Of a stretch of DNA of 64,000 nt, positions 55,139 to 64,000 are shown one piece after another. Under the pieces are notes generated by a model. That model was given only the letters and a program-made list of their open reading frames with translations. It made no database searches and was not told the DNA's origin. The DNA is from Spirochaetia bacterium. GTDB taxonomy: Bacteria; Spirochaetota; Spirochaetia; CAKZLE01. The stretch lies in NCBI GenBank assembly GCA_963677595.1, contig OY782041.1, forward strand, positions 3,936,001 to 4,000,000. Reading direction: 5' to 3'. The first letter of the stretch is position 1. Every line of letters begins with the position of its first letter. The position numbers and the translations under genes are program-made.

Positions 55139-55861
55139 ATGAACACCGAAACCAATTTGGTGGCGAACTCAGGGCTGATGTTCATCCTGTGTCTCATCCC
55201 GATCGTCATCATCGCGATCCAGGCAGTCGTCTTCCTCATCCGGGCCTACCGTGAAGCAGGCAATATGGGGATCACAGCCGCTACCAGGAAGAAAGTCATC
55301 ATCAACAGCGCGGTCTTCTCGATCGTGCCGACCCTGCCGATCATCCTGATCATGGCCGTACTCATGCCGGCACTCGGCAAGTACCTGCCCTGGCTGAGGC
55401 TCTCGGTCATCGGGTCAGCATTCTATGAGAACATGGCTGCCGACATGGCTGTCAAGGCATTCGGCCTGACCGGTATCGCCGACACCGGTATGACGCCGTC
55501 GATCTTCATCAGTGTCGCCTGGGTCATGACCCTTGGAGTCCTGATGTACCCGCTGGCTAATATCTTCTTCCTCAAATCCCTGGACAAGGGCTTCAAGAAG
55601 ATGAAGAGCAAGGGCGGCTTCCTCGCGAAGATCACACCGGCTATGTTCCTCGGCCTCATGGCTGCCTACGGCGGTTCCTATGTCGCGAACTACCAGAACT
55701 ATCTCTCCATCGTGGCGATCCTGACCAGTGGGGTCCTGATCTTCCTGTTGGGTGCGATCGCAAAGAAGAGCGGGCAGAAGTGGCTCAATGACTTCTCCTT
55801 CCCTCTCGCCCTCATCGGCGGTATGGCAGCAGCCATCATCGTATCGTCCATAGCAGCATAA
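55139..55861 (+). CDS. DUF5058-like membrane protein
   Basis: Multi-TM; LPWLRLSVIGSAFYE motif. Confidence 0.7.
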   Translation: MNTETNLVANSGLMFILCLIPIVIIAIQAVVFLIRAYREAGNMGITAATRKKVIINSAVFSIVPTLPIILIMAVLMPALGKYLPWLRLSVIGSAFYENMAADMAVKAFGLTGIADTGMTPSIFISVAWVMTLGVLMYPLANIFFLKSLDKGFKKMKSKGGFLAKITPAMFLGLMAAYGGSYVANYQNYLSIVAILTSGVLIFLLGAIAKKSGQKWLNDFSFPLALIGGMAAAIIVSSIAA

Positions 55862-55873
55862 GGAGGAACGAAC

Positions 55874-56587
55874 ATGAGTAAGAAAGAACACACGAAAATA
55901 GAGCTCTCACCATACCAGAAGCAGCTCCATACCTTCGGCAGGACTACCAATGTCATCGCAGTCATCGCCCTCGTGGCAGTACCGCTGGTACTCACCATGG
56001 TATCAGGGGTACCTATCGACATCGGGCTCACGCTCCGCGGCCTCGTTGGTATCGGGTCCCTCATGATGGTCATGGTCATCGTAGAGTTCATGAGCTATGC
56101 ACCGATCCTCGGTGCAGGTGCGACCTACCTGACCTTCATCACCGGTAATACCGGTAACCTGAAGCTCCCGGCAGCGAAGAGCTCGATCCGGCTCGCAGAA
56201 GTCGAGGACGGGTCAGCAGAGGCTGAGATCATCTCGACCATGGCTGTCGCCGTCTCCTCGCTCGTCACCATCGTCATCCTCTTCATCGGTCTCTTCGGGC
56301 TGAGTTTCCTCATCCCTGTCCTGCAGAACCCGACCCTCAAACCAGGTTTCGACAACCTGATGCCGGCCCTCATCGGGGCCATGGGTATCCCGGTACTGAT
56401 CATGAGCCCGAAAGAGGCATCCCTCCCGGTCATCGTGGCGATCATCCTGACGCTCATCATCGGGTACGCGATGTTCATGCAGATGGTCTCCATGGCCCTG
56501 CCGGTCTTCATGCTGCTCTCGATCGGCTGGTCATATGTGCTCCATAGAAGGGATGAGAAGAAGAACGCTGCAGCTGATGCAGAATAG
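55874..56587 (+). CDS. Multi-TM membrane protein, probable partner of the DUF5058-like protein
   Basis: SYAPILGAGATYLTFITGNTGNLKLP motif; AGGAGG RBS immediately after the previous stop. Confidence 0.7.
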   Translation: MSKKEHTKIELSPYQKQLHTFGRTTNVIAVIALVAVPLVLTMVSGVPIDIGLTLRGLVGIGSLMMVMVIVEFMSYAPILGAGATYLTFITGNTGNLKLPAAKSSIRLAEVEDGSAEAEIISTMAVAVSSLVTIVILFIGLFGLSFLIPVLQNPTLKPGFDNLMPALIGAMGIPVLIMSPKEASLPVIVAIILTLIIGYAMFMQMVSMALPVFMLLSIGWSYVLHRRDEKKNAAADAE

Positions 56588-56597
56588 GAAAGGAATC

Positions 56598-58232
56598 ATG
56601 AAAAAGATCTATACGAATGGAACAATCATCACCGTCGATGACGACATGCCCCAGGCTGAGGCAGTCGTCGTCAGTGACGGGAAGATCGTCTTCGTCGGCA
56701 GCAGTGAAGGCGCTGCAGCCTACAAGGATGATACGACAGAACTCATCGACCTGGAGGGCAAGACGATCCTCCCGGGCTTCATCGACGGCCACAGCCACTA
56801 CTTCATGGCTGCCAACACGGCGAACATGGCTTCAGTCGCGGCACCCCCGATCGGGAACGTCCACTGTATACCAGATATCATCGCCATACTCAAAGATGAC
56901 ATCGCCAAGAAGGACTATGGTCCAGAAGACATCGTCATGGGCTGGGGCTACGATGAGTCCCTGCTTGATGAAGGCAGGGTCCCGACCAACAAGGAGCTCG
57001 ATGAGATCTCCGAGGAGCTCTCGATCTATATCGCGCATGCCTCAGGCCATAAGGGCGTTGCCAACAGCGCGTTCCTGAAGCGCTTTGGGATCGACGAGAA
57101 TTCCGTGGACCCAGAGGGCGGCCACATCGGGCGGTACCCGGGGACGATGATCCCCAACGGGACGCTCGAGGAACAGGCCATGATGCCGATCATGATGAAG
57201 ATGTTCGGCAAGCCTAATGAGGCGACCCTCGTTGCCAATCTCAAGGCTGTCGGCGAGCTCTATGCCAGCAACGGTATCACGACCGCACAGGATGGCGGCT
57301 GGCAGGAAGCGGTCATCGGGCTGGCACGGATGGCTGACAAGCAGGGACTGGTCAAGATCGACGTCGTCGGCTACCCCTTCGTGGACAGCCCGGAAGCCTT
57401 CGCCCTCATCGACAAGAACGAGGTCGGTCCCTATGACGGCCACATCAAGGTCGGTGGGGCGAAGCTGATCCTCGACGGGTCCCCACAGGCGAAGACTGCC
57501 TGGCTCTCCAAGCCGTACCATGTGACACCTCCAGGTGAGGACGCCTCCTACCGGGGCTACCCCTTCCATAACCATGATGAGCCGGTCATCGCTATCATCG
57601 AGGAGTGCCTCAAGCGGAATATCCAGCTGCTGACCCATACCAACGGCGACCAGGCATCCGAACAGCTGATCACCTGCTATGAGCAGGCACAGAAGAACAC
57701 CGGGATCACCGGTGACTTCCGTCCGGTCATGATCCATGCACAGACAGTGCGTGACGACCAGCTCGACCGGATGGTCCCGCTGCACATGATCCCGTCGTTC
57801 TTCCAGTGCCATACCTTCTTCTGGGGCGACTGGCACATGGATTCAGTGTTAGGACCTGTACGCGGGGCACACATCAGCCCGGTACGGGCTGCGATAGACC
57901 GGGGCATCACCTACACGCTCCACCAGGACACACCGGTCGTGCCGCCCCAGATGATATTCACACTCTGGACAGCGGTAAACCGTAAGACACGATCCGGAAG
58001 ATCGATCGGGGCTGATCAACGGGTCACTATCATGGAGGCGATCAAGGGTATCACGATCAACGGCGCCTACCAGTATTTCGAAGAGGACTCCAAGGGGAGT
58101 ATCACCACAGGGAAACGGGCTGACATGGTCATCCTCGACAAGAACCCACTCGAAGTCGAGCCTGATGCGATCAAGGATATCCAGATCCTCGAGACCATCA
58201 AGGATGGCCAGACCATCTACACGAAGGCTTAG
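56598..58232 (+). CDS. YtcJ-like metal-dependent amidohydrolase (Amidohydro_3)
   Basis: PGFIDGHSH, KLILDGSPQ, HTNGD, IHAQ, HQD and ADMVILD. Confidence 0.9.
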   Translation: MKKIYTNGTIITVDDDMPQAEAVVVSDGKIVFVGSSEGAAAYKDDTTELIDLEGKTILPGFIDGHSHYFMAANTANMASVAAPPIGNVHCIPDIIAILKDDIAKKDYGPEDIVMGWGYDESLLDEGRVPTNKELDEISEELSIYIAHASGHKGVANSAFLKRFGIDENSVDPEGGHIGRYPGTMIPNGTLEEQAMMPIMMKMFGKPNEATLVANLKAVGELYASNGITTAQDGGWQEAVIGLARMADKQGLVKIDVVGYPFVDSPEAFALIDKNEVGPYDGHIKVGGAKLILDGSPQAKTAWLSKPYHVTPPGEDASYRGYPFHNHDEPVIAIIEECLKRNIQLLTHTNGDQASEQLITCYEQAQKNTGITGDFRPVMIHAQTVRDDQLDRMVPLHMIPSFFQCHTFFWGDWHMDSVLGPVRGAHISPVRAAIDRGITYTLHQDTPVVPPQMIFTLWTAVNRKTRSGRSIGADQRVTIMEAIKGITINGAYQYFEEDSKGSITTGKRADMVILDKNPLEVEPDAIKDIQILETIKDGQTIYTKA

Positions 58233-58286
58233 AGTACCCTCACCTGCCGTATGCAGGAACCGTTCGTGATTGGCGGTAATGTCTCC

Positions 58287-58322
58287 GTAGAGCCCTCTGC
58301 AACTCAGGGGGCTCTACCTTTA
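58287..58322 (+). terminator. Terminator between the amidohydrolase paralogs
   Basis: gtagagccctctg/cagggggctctac followed by cttta. Confidence 0.65.
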
Positions 58323-58405
58323 TAAAACAGACAAACAGCAGATTCGCTCTGCAGCAGTATATATTCCATGGTATAATGAACAAGCTATGAAGCATAGGAG
58401 GAGTC

Positions 58406-60037
58406 ATGAAGGACACGATCTATATCAACGGGGAAGTGGTCACCGTCAACGATAAGCAGCCGGAGGCAGAGGCGGTAGTCGTCAGGAAGGGGAAGATCGC
58501 CTTCGTCGGCTCGACCAAGGAAGCATTACAATACCGGAAAGGTAGTACCAGGGTGATCGACCTTGCGGGGAAGACCCTGCTCCCGGGATTCATCGACCCG
58601 CACAGCCATTTCCTCATGGCGACGCTCACCTCCGATTTCGTCGTCCTCTCCTCCCCGCCCATCGATACCATCGAGACGATCGATGATATCATCGGTCGGC
58701 TCAAAGACCGGATCACTGAGCGAAAGCTCAAGCCCGGGACGACCCTGGTAGGCTGGGGCTTCGATGACTCGCTGCTCAAGGAGGGTCGTATCCTCACCAA
58801 CCGTGACCTCGACCTGGTCTCGACCGAGCACCCGGTGCTCACCATGCACCAGTCCGGCCATATCGGGGTGGTGAACAGCAGCGCCCTCGAGCTCTTCGGG
58901 ATAACCGCCGACACGCCTGACCCCGAAGGCGGCCATATCGGGCATTGGGAGGACGGCACACCGAACGGACTGCTCGAGGAGGCTGCACTCATGAACCACC
59001 TCATGTCGATCTTCCCGAAACCGTCACTGGGGACGGTCATCAGCTCGTTCAAGAAAGGCACGAAGCTCTATGCCCAGTACGGCATCACCACCGCACAGGA
59101 CGGTGGGACTACGGACCAGATGCTCATGCTCGTGAAGCTCGCACGGATCCTGCGCCTCTTCAAGATAGATGTGGTAGGCTATTACGGTATATCAGAGGAG
59201 GGGTTCAGCAAGCTTGACTGGGTCAAGGAGCAGAACCGGTATAAGGGTGGCTTCAGGCTCGGGGGCGTGAAGTTCCTCCTCGACGGCTCCCCCCAGGCAA
59301 AGACAGCCTGGCTCTCGAAACCCTATTTCAAGCCACCAGAGGGTCAGCCTGCCGATTACTGCGGCTATCCCATGCATGAGGACACCGATTTCGTCGACCG
59401 GGTCTATGAGGAGGCCCTGAAGCGCGACATCCAGATCCTGACCCATACCAATGGGGACCAGGCTTCCGAGCAGCTGATCACCAGCTTCGAGAAGGCGAAG
59501 AAGAAGACCGGCAGCACCGCTGATACCCGCCCGGTCATGATCCATGCCCAGACGGTCCGGGACGACCAGCTCGACCGGATGGCACCGCTGAACATGATCC
59601 CCTCCTTCTTCCACGACCATACCTTCTACTGGGGTGACTGGCATATACACTCGGTCCTCGGTAAGGAGCGTGCCTACCGGATCAGCCCTATCCAGTCCGC
59701 GATCAAGCGGGGCATCACCTACACCCTTCACCAGGACACGCCGGTCGTCCCGCCGAACATGCCGTTCACCCTCTGGACTGCCGTGAACCGCAAGACCCGC
59801 AGCGGGGAAGTCATAGGAGCTGACCAGCGTGCTTCGAGGATCGAGGCACTCCGGGGCATCACGCTCAACGGTGCCTACCAGTACTTCGAGGAGGACTCGA
59901 AGGGGAGCATCGAGGTCGGCAAGCGGGCGGACCTCGTGATCATGGACGGCAACCCGATGACCGTCGATGCTGATGCGATCAAGGACCTGAAAGTCCTCGA
60001 GACGATCAAGGACGGCAAGACCATCTACCGGAGATAA
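58406..60037 (+). CDS. YtcJ-like amidohydrolase, tandem paralog
   Basis: PGFIDPHSH, DGSPQAKTAWLSKPY and RPVMIHAQTVRDDQLDRM; own extended -10 (TGGTATAAT near 58369-58377). Confidence 0.9.
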   Translation: MKDTIYINGEVVTVNDKQPEAEAVVVRKGKIAFVGSTKEALQYRKGSTRVIDLAGKTLLPGFIDPHSHFLMATLTSDFVVLSSPPIDTIETIDDIIGRLKDRITERKLKPGTTLVGWGFDDSLLKEGRILTNRDLDLVSTEHPVLTMHQSGHIGVVNSSALELFGITADTPDPEGGHIGHWEDGTPNGLLEEAALMNHLMSIFPKPSLGTVISSFKKGTKLYAQYGITTAQDGGTTDQMLMLVKLARILRLFKIDVVGYYGISEEGFSKLDWVKEQNRYKGGFRLGGVKFLLDGSPQAKTAWLSKPYFKPPEGQPADYCGYPMHEDTDFVDRVYEEALKRDIQILTHTNGDQASEQLITSFEKAKKKTGSTADTRPVMIHAQTVRDDQLDRMAPLNMIPSFFHDHTFYWGDWHIHSVLGKERAYRISPIQSAIKRGITYTLHQDTPVVPPNMPFTLWTAVNRKTRSGEVIGADQRASRIEALRGITLNGAYQYFEEDSKGSIEVGKRADLVIMDGNPMTVDADAIKDLKVLETIKDGKTIYRR

Positions 60038-60056
60038 CCGGGCATAAAGAGAGCAA

Positions 60057-60107
60057 TTGTTGTCAAACACACCCATGTTTGACAACAACCCCTACAACCC
60101 GTACAAT
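60057..60107 (+). promoter_or_regulatory. 13-bp inverted repeat overlapping a consensus sigma70 promoter
   Basis: ttgttgtcaaaca-N6-tgtttgacaacaa; TTGACA(60079)-17 nt-TACAAT(60102). Confidence 0.6.
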
Positions 60108-60256
60108 TTCACAAGAGAACCCGTTATTGAGGATCGCAGCCGGCTCTTTAGGCTGCCTTCCTGTCTTGTGGGGGCAAACACGGGTTCCCGGTCTCTCGTT
60201 CTCCGGCAGGGGGACAGCATGTGCATGCCCCTGAGCTGATACAAGGATTGGGGAAC

Positions 60257-61930
60257 ATGGGAAACAAGGCTGGGATACATCTATTTGACACGATTCTCTT
60301 TTTGGCAGTGGTGATCGGTGCCATCGTGTTCTCGATCTTCTCCTCCTCGCTCGCGACTGAGGGCTATGGGCTCAATATTCAGCCTGTCACGGTACTTGAC
60401 GATGGATGGACGGTCTCCTATGGGGACGTGAGGCATACTGACCTCAGCCTGCCGCTCACCCTCGACCTGCCGGCAGGGACACCCGTGACCATCGAGCGTG
60501 AGATAACCGATTTCTTCCTTGATAACCGCGTCATGCGGATTCGCTCGTCGATGATGGACCTTCTGGTCACAATCGGGTCAAAAGAGATCTACCGTTCACA
60601 AGTCACTCCGCAGGAGGGCTGGTTCCATGACCCCTACCCGAGCACCTGGCATTTCGTCCATATCCAGGGCAATGATATCATAGGGAAGACCCTCAGGGTC
60701 ACCTTCACCTCCCCTACGAACGAGTTCTCCGGCTATATGCCGTCCATCGCCTTCGGTACCGGGATCCCGTTGCTGCTGAGCCTGATCAGCAGCAACCTCG
60801 TCACCATCATCGCGTCTATCGTGCTCTTCGTCTTCGGGCTGCTCTTCATCGCCCTGATGCCCTGGCTCTACCGGCTCGGTGCAGACAGGCGCTTCCTCTA
60901 CATCGGGATCTTTCTCGTATCGATCGGCATCTGGATCCTCTCGGAATCGAACATCCTCCAGTATATCGTGCCGAACCGTTTCATACTCGGGAGCACCACC
61001 TACATCATGAACCTCATCATGCCGATCATCATAGCACTCTATACCCGTGATATCATCCTTATAGGCTTCAGGAAGACGGTGAACAGCTTCATCTACGGCA
61101 TGTTCGCCCTCATCTTCCTTGAACTTGCCCTCCAGGTCCTCGGGATCTTCACCTATATATCCATGACGAGAGTTTCCCTCATCACCATCGGCCTCTTCGC
61201 GTTCACCTTCATGGGGATCCTCCGGTATGAGTCGAAGAAGCTCAATAACGGAGATGCTGCGGACTTCCTGCGATTCTTCCTCCATTTCTTCGGCCTCCTG
61301 CTCATCCTCATCGTCATGTTCGCTGTCGGGTTATACCATGACTTCGGCTATGTCCTGGCTATCGGGTCCCTCTTCCTCTTCATCATCCTCTTCAGGCGCT
61401 CCTATGCCTATATCGCGGGACTCCTGGCCGCGAAGAACGAGGCGGTCATCTTCCGTGAACTCGCTTCCACGGACCACCTGACGAAGGGACCGAATCGGTC
61501 CGCCTTCGATGAGGATGTCGACAGGCTGCTCGAGAGAGGGCTCCCCTTCCGCCTGGCCCTCCTCGACATGAACGACCTGAAGGGGATCAATGACACCCTC
61601 GGCCATACCGAGGGCGACCATGCGATCATCGACGCCTATACGAGCATTGCCGATGTCTGTGGTGTGAAGGGGAAGGCCTACCGGATCAGCGGGGATGAGT
61701 TCTCGGTCATCCTTGAGGACACGGATGAGACCCTCTGGGGTTCGATGAGCCTGCAGCTCGCGAACAGGCTCAGGACCCGTTCGGTCGACACGCCCTATGA
61801 CCTCTCGATCGCTGTCGGATCTGCGGTCTTCGAAGCCCGCGGGTACCATGAGTTCAAGGAGTTCTACCGTGAGGTGGACCAGATGATGTATGAGCACAAG
61901 CAGGGGATGAAGGACAGCAGCCAGGGTTGA
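60257..61930 (+). CDS. Membrane-bound GGDEF-domain protein
   Basis: Periplasmic beta-rich region, several TM helices, DHLT..NR, D..DLK.IND..GH..GD and active site SGDEF. Confidence 0.88.
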   Translation: MGNKAGIHLFDTILFLAVVIGAIVFSIFSSSLATEGYGLNIQPVTVLDDGWTVSYGDVRHTDLSLPLTLDLPAGTPVTIEREITDFFLDNRVMRIRSSMMDLLVTIGSKEIYRSQVTPQEGWFHDPYPSTWHFVHIQGNDIIGKTLRVTFTSPTNEFSGYMPSIAFGTGIPLLLSLISSNLVTIIASIVLFVFGLLFIALMPWLYRLGADRRFLYIGIFLVSIGIWILSESNILQYIVPNRFILGSTTYIMNLIMPIIIALYTRDIILIGFRKTVNSFIYGMFALIFLELALQVLGIFTYISMTRVSLITIGLFAFTFMGILRYESKKLNNGDAADFLRFFLHFFGLLLILIVMFAVGLYHDFGYVLAIGSLFLFIILFRRSYAYIAGLLAAKNEAVIFRELASTDHLTKGPNRSAFDEDVDRLLERGLPFRLALLDMNDLKGINDTLGHTEGDHAIIDAYTSIADVCGVKGKAYRISGDEFSVILEDTDETLWGSMSLQLANRLRTRSVDTPYDLSIAVGSAVFEARGYHEFKEFYREVDQMMYEHKQGMKDSSQG

Positions 61931-62014
61931 GTGCCTGCAGCCTGGCTATGACAAACCCCGACTTGTATGGTATCCTGCCCTCAGGCTGGCAGGAAAGCCT
62001 CAGGGAGTATACTG

Positions 62015-62593
62015 ATGGATTACGAGCATATATACGATTTTCTCATTGAACTCGACCGGCTGAAGGGTGTCTACCGGAAGTCATATCTCTCAGACGGCTC
62101 ACGGCATGAGAACTCAGCTGAACACAGCTGGCATCTCGTTGTGGTCATCATGATGATGAAGGATGAGTTCCCCGATGATCTGGACTTCCTTAAGACCTTC
62201 AAGATGGCCCTCGTCCATGATGTCTGCGAGATCGGTGCCGGCGATATCTCGGTCTACGATGCAGGGAGGGCCCTGATCCAGTCTGAGGAGCGGGCATATC
62301 TCGAGGAACTCACAAGGAGGTTCCCCGGCCGGTTCACCGATGAGCTATACTCCCTCTGGGAGGAGTATGAGGCTCAAGACTCACCTGAGAGCCAGTGGGT
62401 GAAGGTCTTCGACCGTCTCCTGCCTTTTTGCATGAACCTGGCTACCGAAGGCCGTTCCTGGAAGGAACAGCAGGTACGTAAACACCAGGTCCTCGCGATC
62501 CACGAGCCGATACGCAGGCAGGATCCGAAGATGTACGAATGGGTCAAGCGCAAGACCGAAGCTGCGGTTGCCCGCGGCTGGCTGGTCGAGTAG
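62015..62593 (+). CDS. HD domain phosphohydrolase (YfbR/HDDC2-like)
   Basis: ENSAEHSW, ALVHD, LWEEYE and DRL. Confidence 0.88.
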   Translation: MDYEHIYDFLIELDRLKGVYRKSYLSDGSRHENSAEHSWHLVVVIMMMKDEFPDDLDFLKTFKMALVHDVCEIGAGDISVYDAGRALIQSEERAYLEELTRRFPGRFTDELYSLWEEYEAQDSPESQWVKVFDRLLPFCMNLATEGRSWKEQQVRKHQVLAIHEPIRRQDPKMYEWVKRKTEAAVARGWLVE

Positions 62594-62645
62594 GCTGAAT
62601 CAGCAGCAAAACAGATATTTCCCACTGTGGCAGTACCCTGGACTT

Positions 62646-62674
62646 TTGACAAACACCCTGTTCCATGGTACATT
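62646..62674 (+). promoter_or_regulatory. Sigma70 promoter of the riboswitch-led operon
   Basis: TTGACA-17 nt-TACATT with TG extension. Confidence 0.65.
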
Positions 62675-62680
62675 TCCCAT

Positions 62681-62786
62681 ACACAACCTATTACTCCGAG
62701 TCGTTTCTCCTACAGCATATGCCATGGATTTGCGACCGATAGGGTACAGCAGGAAACGACTGTACCTCCCGTATTGGAAAGGAGAC
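62681..62786 (+). ncRNA. Moco RNA motif (molybdenum/tungsten cofactor riboswitch)
   Basis: CTCCGAG...CCTA...ATGG...CCGATAGGGT...GAAAC...ACCTCCCGTATTGGAAAGGAG, matching the recalled moaA-leader consensus; P1 (CTCC/GGAG) sequesters the RBS of ATG 62790. Confidence 0.85.
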
Positions 62787-62789
62787 CGT

Positions 62790-63224
62790 ATGAAGAATCA
62801 CCGAAAGACCATGGTAGTGCTGATCTGTATCGCCCTGCTGTGCAGTATGCCCCTCTTCGCAGGAGGCAAGCCCCTGCAGATCTCTGCATCAGACCCTGCA
62901 GACTGCGGATCAGGCGTTGCCCTGAATGGCGTCATATCCCTGACATTCTCGAACAATGTCGTGAACTTCTCCGTGAGTGAGTCGAACAAGGCCTGCATCA
63001 CGCTGCAGACCACCTATGGGGAACCGGTACCGATAGAGATCCTCATGGCTGATGACCAGGTCGAGCCCGAGAAGAAGCGTGATGTCACCGTCAAGCCCCT
63101 GGAGAACCTGAAGGCATTCACCTCCTATGAGCTGGTCATCTCTGGTGCGTTCCAGGCAAAGAACGGCTCAGCTCTCGAGACTGACCAGGTCATCTACTTC
63201 ACGACCGGGTCCAAGACCCAGTAA
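62790..63224 (+). CDS. Exported Ig-like (Big_5-type) domain protein
   Basis: Signal peptide LFAGG; SDPAD, ISLTFSNNV, VKPLENL..TSYEL.I and YFTT. Confidence 0.75.
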   Translation: MKNHRKTMVVLICIALLCSMPLFAGGKPLQISASDPADCGSGVALNGVISLTFSNNVVNFSVSESNKACITLQTTYGEPVPIEILMADDQVEPEKKRDVTVKPLENLKAFTSYELVISGAFQAKNGSALETDQVIYFTTGSKTQ

Positions 63225-63226
63225 CC

Positions 63227-64000
63227 ATGAAAGCCAGTCCCCGCGTCAGGGCAGTCGCGCTGCCGGTCATCTTCATCAGTCCCCTGCTCTGTGTGCTTGC
63301 GGCACTCTTCTGGGGGCGGTATCCTCTTTCCCCAGCTGAGGTCCTGGCTGTCCTCATGCGGCACCTGCCTTTCGTAGACTCGTCGGGCCTCAAGGAGACG
63401 ACCATCGCCGTGGTCGAGATCATACGATTTCCCCGGGCGATCTTCGCGGTCCTTGTCGGCGGGTCCCTCGCGGTCTCAGGGGCTGCGTTCCAGGGCCTCT
63501 TCCGGAACCCACTCGTCTCTTCAGGCATGCTCGGGGTAAGTTCCGGGGCAGGCTTCGGGGCAGCACTGGCCATCCTGCTGTTCAACCAGGGGTACCTGGT
63601 CTATGTCTTCGCCTTCGTCTTCGGGTTCGGGGCTGTAGGCCTTGCCTACATGATCGGCCGCATCTACCATACCACGACCTCGGTCACCCTCGTGCTCGGC
63701 GGGGTGGTCATAGGGTCCATCTTTTCCGCCCTCACCTCCTTCGCGAAGTTCGTCGCTGACCCCTATAACCAGCTGCCGACCATCGTGTTCTGGCTCATGG
63801 GATCCCTGGCATCCGCACAGCGCATGCAGATCCTCATCGCCGCGATTCCCATGCTGGTCGGCACCATCGGGCTGATGCTCTTCCGCTGGAGACTGAACAT
63901 CCTCTCCATGGGGGAGCGTGAGAGCCAGGCCATGGGCATCAACCTCCATGCGAACCAGCTGTTGATCGTCTTCTTCGCCACCTTGGCTACCGCAGGGGCG
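63227..64000 (+). CDS. FecCD-family ABC permease (truncated by window end)
   Basis: Manual translation MKASPRVR...RFPRAIFAVLVGGSLAVSGAAFQGLFRNPLVS...FWLMGSLA; absent from the ORF track because it has no stop. Confidence 0.9.
   Translation, partial: MKASPRVRAVALPVIFISPLLCVLAALFWGRYPLSPAEVLAVLMRHLPFVDSSGLKETTIAVVEIIRFPRAIFAVLVGGSLAVSGAAFQGLFRNPLVSSGMLGVSSGAGFGAALAILLFNQGYLVYVFAFVFGFGAVGLAYMIGRIYHTTTSVTLVLGGVVIGSIFSALTSFAKFVADPYNQLPTIVFWLMGSLASAQRMQILIAAIPMLVGTIGLMLFRWRLNILSMGERESQAMGINLHANQLLIVFFATLATAGA

Noticed and set aside
60170-60230. c-di-GMP-I riboswitch suggested by GGGCAAAC upstream of a GGDEF gene
   Set aside because: The GNRA-capped P2, the GCAAAGC junction and the tetraloop receptor are not evident.
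1-64000. CRISPR arrays, IS/transposases, integrases, prophage genes, tRNA/rRNA
   Set aside because: No spaced repeat arrays, mobile-element motifs or cloverleaf-like sequences were seen; intergenic gaps are short.

Overview
Gene-dense, GC-rich bacterial window, probably from an anaerobic Spirochaetia (Sphaerochaeta/Spirochaeta-like). The taxonomy is an inference from signal peptides ending LCAQGSGE/LFAGG and from gene content. Left end: housekeeping genes (trmL, proC-serS-pncB; proA-proB-GT-like-amidase). 8.3-44 kb: selenium/molybdenum-dependent anaerobic purine catabolism. It holds the labile-Se cofactor operon yqeC-yqeB-cysteine desulfurase-selD-DUF3343-yedF, a FecCD-type ABC importer, adenine deaminase and an NCS2 permease, and the operon ygfK-ssnA-ygeY-(Xdh-like Mo/FeS/FAD)-8-oxoguanine deaminase-ygfM-xdhD-ygeW. 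No ygeX, hyuA or carbamate kinase is in the window; two divergently transcribed fold-type II PLP enzymes are. Embedded in this region is an unusual signalling module: a multi-TM/GAF/PAS histidine kinase fused at its C-terminus to an acyl-synthase-like GNAT domain, divergent from an ICMT-family methyltransferase and a REC-HD-GYP regulator. 47.7-60 kb: a GntR/HutC regulon with two matching TTGTCTATACAA operators, linking a class III aminotransferase to a CoA-acylating aldehyde dehydrogenase, a divergent SucCD-like ligase and a DASS transporter. This is a candidate ATP-yielding taurine/omega-amino acid pathway, followed by a DUF5058-like membrane pair and two paralogous amidohydrolases. Right end: a structured intergenic element, a GGDEF protein, an HD protein, and a Moco-type riboswitch ahead of an Ig-like protein and a truncated FecCD-type permease. 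No rRNA, tRNA, CRISPR array or transposase was recognised. All calls come from motif reading; no searches were run.
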